Of a stretch of DNA of 42,218 bases, positions 35,753 through 42,218 are shown piece after piece. Below the pieces are notes generated by a model. The model was not told the DNA's origin. It searched no databases and saw only the letters and a program-made list of their open reading frames with translations. Positions within the stretch are counted from its first letter, which is position 1. Each line of letters opens with the position of its first letter. The stretch is from positions 29,870,112 to 29,912,329 of the forward strand of contig NC_068983.1 in the NCBI RefSeq assembly GCF_001194135.2, in the 5' to 3' direction. The DNA comes from Octopus bimaculoides. Taxonomy: Eukaryota. Both the position numbers and the translations under genes were made by a program.

Positions 35753-37938
35753 TAACAACAACACTGTGTAATATGATTTTTGTTTTTGGGCAGCAACTGT
35801 TATTTCTTGTTTGCTTACCCACTAGAAAGTACGAAAAATGGCTAATATTTCCTTCAAATTTTGCTTTATTCAAGCCCTGAAGAATCCCTCTCAACACATG
35901 GCTATGATGCTCCCACCATCTGACTATTTCAGATTATGATCAGAGATGCACATATCATCAGCCACTAAAGGACATGCTCAAGTGGTTGAGATCAAGCAAC
36001 TGACAAGCAAATCTGTGGTATTGAGCAGAATATTTGCTATGACAATATTTCTGTTCCTGCAACTCAGTGCTGAATCTGTTTGTAATGTAATGGAAAATAG
36101 ATCAGTTTCAAGACGTTGATGTCCAGGTCACAAGAGCGAAGTCTGAAGGGAATGGTAATCATTTCCTTTGGTTTTGAGATAGAAGCAAATAGGAAGTAAT
36201 ACTTGCTAATCAAAGACAAAAAAATACATTTAAATTTTGTTACACAGTGTAATAATGATAATGACGGTTTGTGATTTGGGCAGAAGGTCAGTAATTTTTA
36301 AGGAAGAAGAAGATTAGTTGATACCATCAACTTAATTCTCAGACTGATTCTTTATTTTATTGACACCGAAAGGACAAAAGGCAAAATTGACCTTCGCAGG
36401 GTTTGAACTCAGAAGGTCAAGAACCAGAACGAATTTGATCAGCTCATTGCCTTTTTATACCTAAATCAGAAACTGTTGTTATTGTTGTTTACGTTGTTAT
36501 TACTATTATTGAAATAAAAAGTCAATTTCATTACTACTACTACCACCACCACTACCAACACTACTACTACTACTGCTGCTGCTGCTGCAACTGCTACTAT
36601 TATTATTACTATTATTTAGAATAATAATATTAAGAATAATAGCTAAGGAAACATATTTCAAATCAATTGCTACATTTATTTTCATATCTCCATAATGATT
36701 TCATATGGTCTGATTAATTTCTAAGAATATTGGAAAGACGCTAATAAAACAACTTAGATTTATTTTTGTTTGTTAAAGATAAGAGGCAGATGTTTGGAAC
36801 TGAATTATAGAATACATTGAAAATAACTTGCAATGAATGAAAATGTTTTGAGCTGAAGTAGTTTCGTTGGTATAAACAATATTGACAATCATTCATAAGG
36901 ATATTACTACTGTTTGCTTATAGACCACAAGTAACTAGAAACTATGAAATAAATGTTAGACAGGTGTCACCAGTATTGGCTTTAGTTATTAAATGAATAT
37001 GTATGTGTGTACGTGCGTGCCAGCACGTGCACGTGGTGTGTGTGTGTACGTGCGTGACGGCACATGTGCGTGTGAAATGTTAACTGACTTTCTTTTGTAT
37101 AACAGTCGTTTATTTAAGTGGCCACATTGTATTACTGACATATAATTGACAGAGCAATGAAATTCTATATATTATCATTGTTACAGGCAGTGAACTGACC
37201 TCAATAGAGCACCCAATGAAATGCGCTATTCCAGCATTTTGCTATCTGAGTTCAAATCCTGCTGAGGGTTCATTCATAGGATATCATTTAAGAAAGCAAA
37301 GCCTTGAATATTTGTTGACAACAGAAAACTAAAAGGCAGATGTCAGAGAGAGACAAAATACTCAATGGCCATACCAGCTGGCTTCAGAAAGACTGGTTTG
37401 ATAATGTGTTAAATTGCATGGGAGACAGGATGAAGGTCCATGATTGCAAATACTTGCATGTATGGTACACGAAGAGAAGTATATATATGCACCTATTTCT
37501 ACCTGGTATCTGTCTGGATATCACATTTGGTCTACCTGGGTAATTTCCATTGGCAGCCAAACACATATGATGGATGGTATAATCCACCATGTAATCTTAT
37601 GTAAGGGATTGGTACAATTGGCCATACATTTATGTAATGAGGGTTACAATCAGTCATACACTTATGTAATGACTGGTAGAATCAGACATACCCTTACATA
37701 ATGGATGATACTAGCAGCCATAAACTCAATATATCAGTGTCTTAATTGTCCCAGTTTTCAATGAAGTAGCTTTATAAATCTTGTGACACTATTAGTCATT
37801 GTTGCCAGTCTAGAAAGGTGTTGATACCATGACATGGATTAGCCAATACTCTCGTTGACAGGTACTGTCATTAAGTCTCGTGGTTGCTATGTTTATTGAT
37901 GACAAAGTAACTCTCTCTCTCCCCTCCCCCTTTCTCTG

Positions 37939-37982
<44 letters not shown>

Positions 37983-38971
37983 ATAAAAGATCATGGGTAA
38001 GTCCAAAACAATGCAAGATAAATCACAAGAAAACAACTATGCGACTTAATGTAGACTTACCTTGTATTCAATATTTCGGGGTTATGACCCCAAAATATTA
38101 AATACCAGGTAAGTCTACATTAATTCACATNNNNNNNNNNNNNNNNNNNNNNNNNNNNNNNNNNNNNNNNNNNNNNNNNNNNNNNNNNNNNNNNNNNNNN
38201 NNNNNNNNNNNNNNNNNNNNNNNNNNNNNNNNNNNNNNNNNNNNNNNNNNNNNNNNNNNNNNNNNNNNNNNNNNNNNNNNNNNNNNNNNNNNNNNNNNNN
38301 NNNNNNNNNNNNNNNNNNNNNNNNNNNNNNNNATATATATATATATATATATATTTAAGTAAGACTATTAAGGTGCAAAAATGAGATAAAACTTGTAAAT
38401 AAAAATTGCCAAGAAAAATGCCAGAACAGATAAAGTACTCAACTAAATATTCATAACTCATGGATTCAAATATACTACAAGCACTTCATTGTGTCTTTTT
38501 TTATCTACATGGCATCAGCTCACCCATCTACTGAGAATGGGTATTAAATCAGGTATTTTAATCCAGATGCAGATTTATCTCTCATCTGTCACATGCCACC
38601 AAACATGAGTTGGTCATTGTCCCTTAAAAGTTCACCAGACCTTTTAGAGATATTTACCTACTTCACCGACAGTAGACTAACATCCTATCTAGGACGAGTT
38701 TTATCTTTTATTTACTTGACTCTTTTGAAATTGCAATTACTATTGACTCACTGAATCTTTGTGATTTTCTTAAGGATAAACATAGCACATTTTAAAGATT
38801 ACAACTGTTTGTTGATAATGATAATGATGGAGATGATGATGGCTGAATGCTGCATGTCTTAGCCTATAATATATTAGAATGTTTGAGAAGCACATTTCTT
38901 TAGCAATTAATCTAAAGTATACCCAGTAAGGAATTTTCTATGACACAGAATGGATCTAACATTTTCATAAA

Positions 38972-39181
38972 TATTGAGTTGTCCGGAAAGTTTGTGTCAA
39001 TTTATTTGCCATGAAACTACCTCAATTCTGGGAAGAGGGTATTTTCAAGTTAAAGGAAAGATGGAGATGCATTGTTCAAAAAAATGATTCATATTTGTCT
39101 GATTAAAAATGTAATGGCAAGTATTTATTGACATTTTTCTTTCTTTTAAAAATCGGCACAAACTTCCCAGACAACCCAACA
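38972..39181. mobile_element. Tc1/mariner-type MITE (~210 bp)
   Basis: TATTGAGTTGTCCGGAAAGTTTGTGTCAATTT at left vs AAAATCGGCACAAACTTCCCAGACAACCCAACA at right (imperfect TIRs). Confidence 0.7.
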
Positions 39182-39209
39182 GTTATTAATTCTTAATTCT
39201 AATTAATTT

Positions 39210-39540
39210 GGTGCTGGTACCACTTAAAAAGTACTGGTGCTGGTGCTATATAAGAAGCACTCATGCTGGTGTCATGTTAAAAGCACTGGTGCTGATTCCA
39301 CATAAAAGATACTCATGCTGGTGCCACATAGAAAGCACTGGTGCTGATGTCACGTGAAAAGCACTGGTGTTGGTGTTTCTTTAAAAGCATTAGTGCTGGT
39401 GTCACATAAGAAGCACTGGTGCTAATCTCACATAAAAAGCACCCAGTACACACTGTAAAGCATGTGGCTTTAAGAAAGGCATCTAGTTGTAGAAGCCATG
39501 CCAAAACAGACAATGGAATTTTAAACTAACCCATGCCACA
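39210..39540 (+). repeat. ~27-bp minisatellite (GCACTGGTGCTGGTGYCACATAAAAA-like, ~8 units) running into a decayed SINE B 3' end
   Basis: Units visible at 39210-39440; then AAGCACCCAGTACAC...AAAGGCATCTAGTTGTAGAA...AACCCATGCCA. Confidence 0.75.
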
Positions 39541-41430
39541 TGAAAATGAACAAATCGTCAGAAAATATTTTAACCAAACAGACAGTGAACATGTATGGAA
39601 ATGCAAGTGTGGAGAAAAGTTGACCCAGAAAAAAGGAACTGGATGGACAAATCTTATGAATCATATAAAAAAAACAGCATCCAGAGTATTCTACTACACG
39701 AGCAACTGGACAACCATCTTTATTGAGTTTTCTTTCACCAAGAAGTAGTTTGGTCAGCCTTAATGCCTTAAATGCTTATGGTTGGATTGAGTAAGTATGT
39801 GTTGGTTTAAAACCGTTTGCCTTTACTGAAGACCCACTGACTCATAAGTTCACAAACTTGGGAAGAATGATAAATGTGACCATAAAGAAATACATGGAGA
39901 AACTTACTCAAGAAGTGAAAAAGAAAATATCTGATGAACTTCCAAGTAAATTTTCATTGGTGTTGAACTAAGGGTTCAACACATTTCATTGGACTTTTTG
40001 CATCTTATTTGTGCAATTATAAAAATGACTACTGCACTGTTTTGTTGGCATTTTCGCCAATGGTAAGTGAAACATCATTCACTGCTTCTGATTACATTGA
40101 ATTAATAGAGTGTGTGTTTAAGTGTCTATAACAAAAATTTAGAAAATGTAGCTATTACCAGAGATAATACTAAAGTGAACAAATCTATAGCAAATTTGTG
40201 TAGAATATCATTGATTGGATGTGCCTCTCATAAATTCAATCTAGCTCGTTTCTGCTTATCTCAACAAGCAAGAATTTCTGCTTGATAAAATTAATATGTT
40301 GATGGGCAAGTTAAAATCATTAAAACATGCAGGTAAACTTTGGCAAAAAATGCCTTTTCGACCTATAGAAAGAAATAAAACCCATTGGTCCAGTACTTAT
40401 GACATGATTGGGAGGAACATCCAACTCAAGCCATTTTTAGACTCTTTTCAAGGCAATCCAAAGCTGGTTGATTATCTGTTGACTCCACGTGATCATAATG
40501 ATTTGTGGACTCTAAAAGACAATTTAGGAAAGTTACACTTGCAATGAATAGAAACAGATTTGGGAGATGCTAGAATTCTTTTAGATGAAATTCTCACAGT
40601 GTATCCTTACAAGGAATTTTAAAAATATTTGCTTCCATCGGTAGCCATTGTGCACAGTCCAAATTTTGAAAGTGTAGTTGGGAAATTTTACAACATGCAG
40701 AAAAAGAGCTAACTGTGGATGAAGTAGCTGCTCTACATCAGCTGAAAGTGGTGACAGACACATCATAGTAGTCTGATTTACCTGTAAAAGATGACTATTT
40801 TGCTTCAATTTGTTTGAAAAAAAACACAAAAAAGATAAAATCTCACCTCAGCAATATCTGAACTGTAGATTTTTGTTACCAACGTCCAACATCTTGGAAC
40901 GTTTCTTCAGCTCAGCAGGTTACACTTTTAATGGTTTTCGGCAATACTAAACACCAAAGAATTTAGAAATGCAATTATTTCTAAAAATCAATAGTGCCTC
41001 CTGGGATGAAGACCTAGTTTCAGAAATATACAATCGTTCATGATCTTTTGCTATATTAGAACATTTTTAATTGTGCTGCTCGTTTGAGAAACTCTCAATT
41101 AAAGACCTTCAATTTATTTGTTTTTCAACTACTGTACAATGTAGAGTATACATGTTCTTTGTTTCCTTTTCTAAACCAATAAAACTGAACTTCGAACGTT
41201 TTCTGATAATAAAGTTTTTTGAAACTATAAGACATGTCTTTTATTTTCCTATCATTTTAGCTCTTATCTAAATCGAAGCTAATATTCCAAAATATATGGT
41301 GTTTTTACTTTCGGCAAAATAATTGACAATTAATTGCAATAATTGATTGGCCTGTATTCCAATTAAAATTAATTGAATGCTAAGAAAATAATGGATTGGA
41401 AAGGTTCTGATCAATTATTTACAACCCCTG
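39540..41430 (+). mobile_element. Decayed hAT transposon (BED finger + catalytic region + C-terminal dimerisation domain), right TIR present, left end not found
   Basis: WKCKCG...GTGWTNLMNH (BED); KISDELPSKFSLV; IGCASHKFNLA (CxxH, ~40214-40246); THWSSTYDM; LLPTSNILERFFSSAG...LEMQLFLKIN (40873-40992); terminus ...TTTACAACCCCTG at 41430; many stops and frameshifts. Confidence 0.85.
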
Positions 41431-41982
41431 GTTGTCTTTTTGACATCTAGAACTACATTGTCCAATGTGTCTTCCTTTTGTTAAGACGGTTGTGATTGAC
41501 TGGAGGAACATTTAGCTGCTATTTCTAGGAGTTCGATCGATCCTGTAGAACAGTCATAAGCAAACTGCAGCCCGTGGGACTTTCTGAAATTGTTTAGTAG
41601 TGCGGCCTGTCTCATGACGAATCATATAATTTCATGCAGCCCGTCCATCTCTGCTGAGCAAGGCAGGACAACAGGTGGGCCACTGAGATGTTCTCTATGC
41701 GTGACAGATCTTTTCTGAACAAACTTCAAATTTAATGTATTCGTGCCTCTTGAACAGTTGATGACTTTTAGATAGTCTATTGTATCACGATTTAAGTTTT
41801 TGCTTCCAGTAAGCATTGTCAGTGTTGGAAATGAAAGGGATAGACGCAGGAACATTTTTATATATAAGCTTTATATTATACATATTGATCATTGCTAAAT
41901 GTGAAAAGGAAAATCAAAAGTGGACCGTAACAGAAAGTTGCTGATCCCAGCTGGGAAGAAGATGCCTGTTTATCTTTTCACA

Positions 41983-42218
41983 CATCATCATCATCATCAT
42001 CGTTTAACGTCCGCTTTCCATGCTAGCATGGGTTGGACAATTTGACTGAGGACTGGTGCAGCCGGATGGCAACACCAGGCTCCAGTCTGATTTGGCAGAG
42101 TTTCTACAGCTGGATGCCCTTCCTAACGCCAACCACTCAGAGAGTGTAGTGGGTGCTTTTACGTGTCACCCGCACGAAAACGGCCACGCTCGAAATGGTG
42201 TCTTTTATGTGCCACCCG
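41983..42218 (-). mobile_element. SINE family B, 3' part
   Basis: (CAT)n followed by the reverse complement of the family B 3' block; truncated by window edge. Confidence 0.88.

Noticed and set aside
41622-41855. 77-aa minus-strand ORF in moderately GC-rich unique-looking sequence
   Set aside because: No recognisable domain and no convincing splice pair; an exon cannot be excluded without transcript data.

Overview
AT-rich eukaryotic genomic DNA from a draft assembly with 8 N-gaps. The SINE, microsatellite and repeat complement looks like that of an octopus (coleoid cephalopod); this is pattern recognition, not a database match. One complete protein-coding gene is well supported: MRM2/FTSJ2 (mitochondrial rRNA 2'-O-methyltransferase), with coding exons 5491-5800 and 23606-24045 on +, a 17.8 kb intron, 249 aa and an intact K-D-K-E tetrad. 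About 0.8 kb upstream, head-to-head, is a probable first coding exon of a second gene that I cannot identify (4696-4516, -). It encodes a mitochondrial-presequence-like peptide and ends in a canonical donor; a candidate next exon lies at 837-751. Both starts sit inside a CpG-retaining domain of about 6 kb that ends abruptly near 9760. The rest is transposon-derived or low complexity: a decayed R4/Dong-type RLE retrotransposon abutting a SINE's (TAA)n tail, RTE LINE relics, four SINE families, a full-length decayed mariner (D34D), a decayed hAT transposase, hAT and mariner MITEs, a Merlin-like MITE carrying telomeric hexamers, Helitron-type non-autonomous elements and several palindromes. I found no CRISPR array, rRNA or bona fide tRNA gene, and no evidence for a novel multi-gene system beyond the putative bidirectional mitochondrial gene pair.
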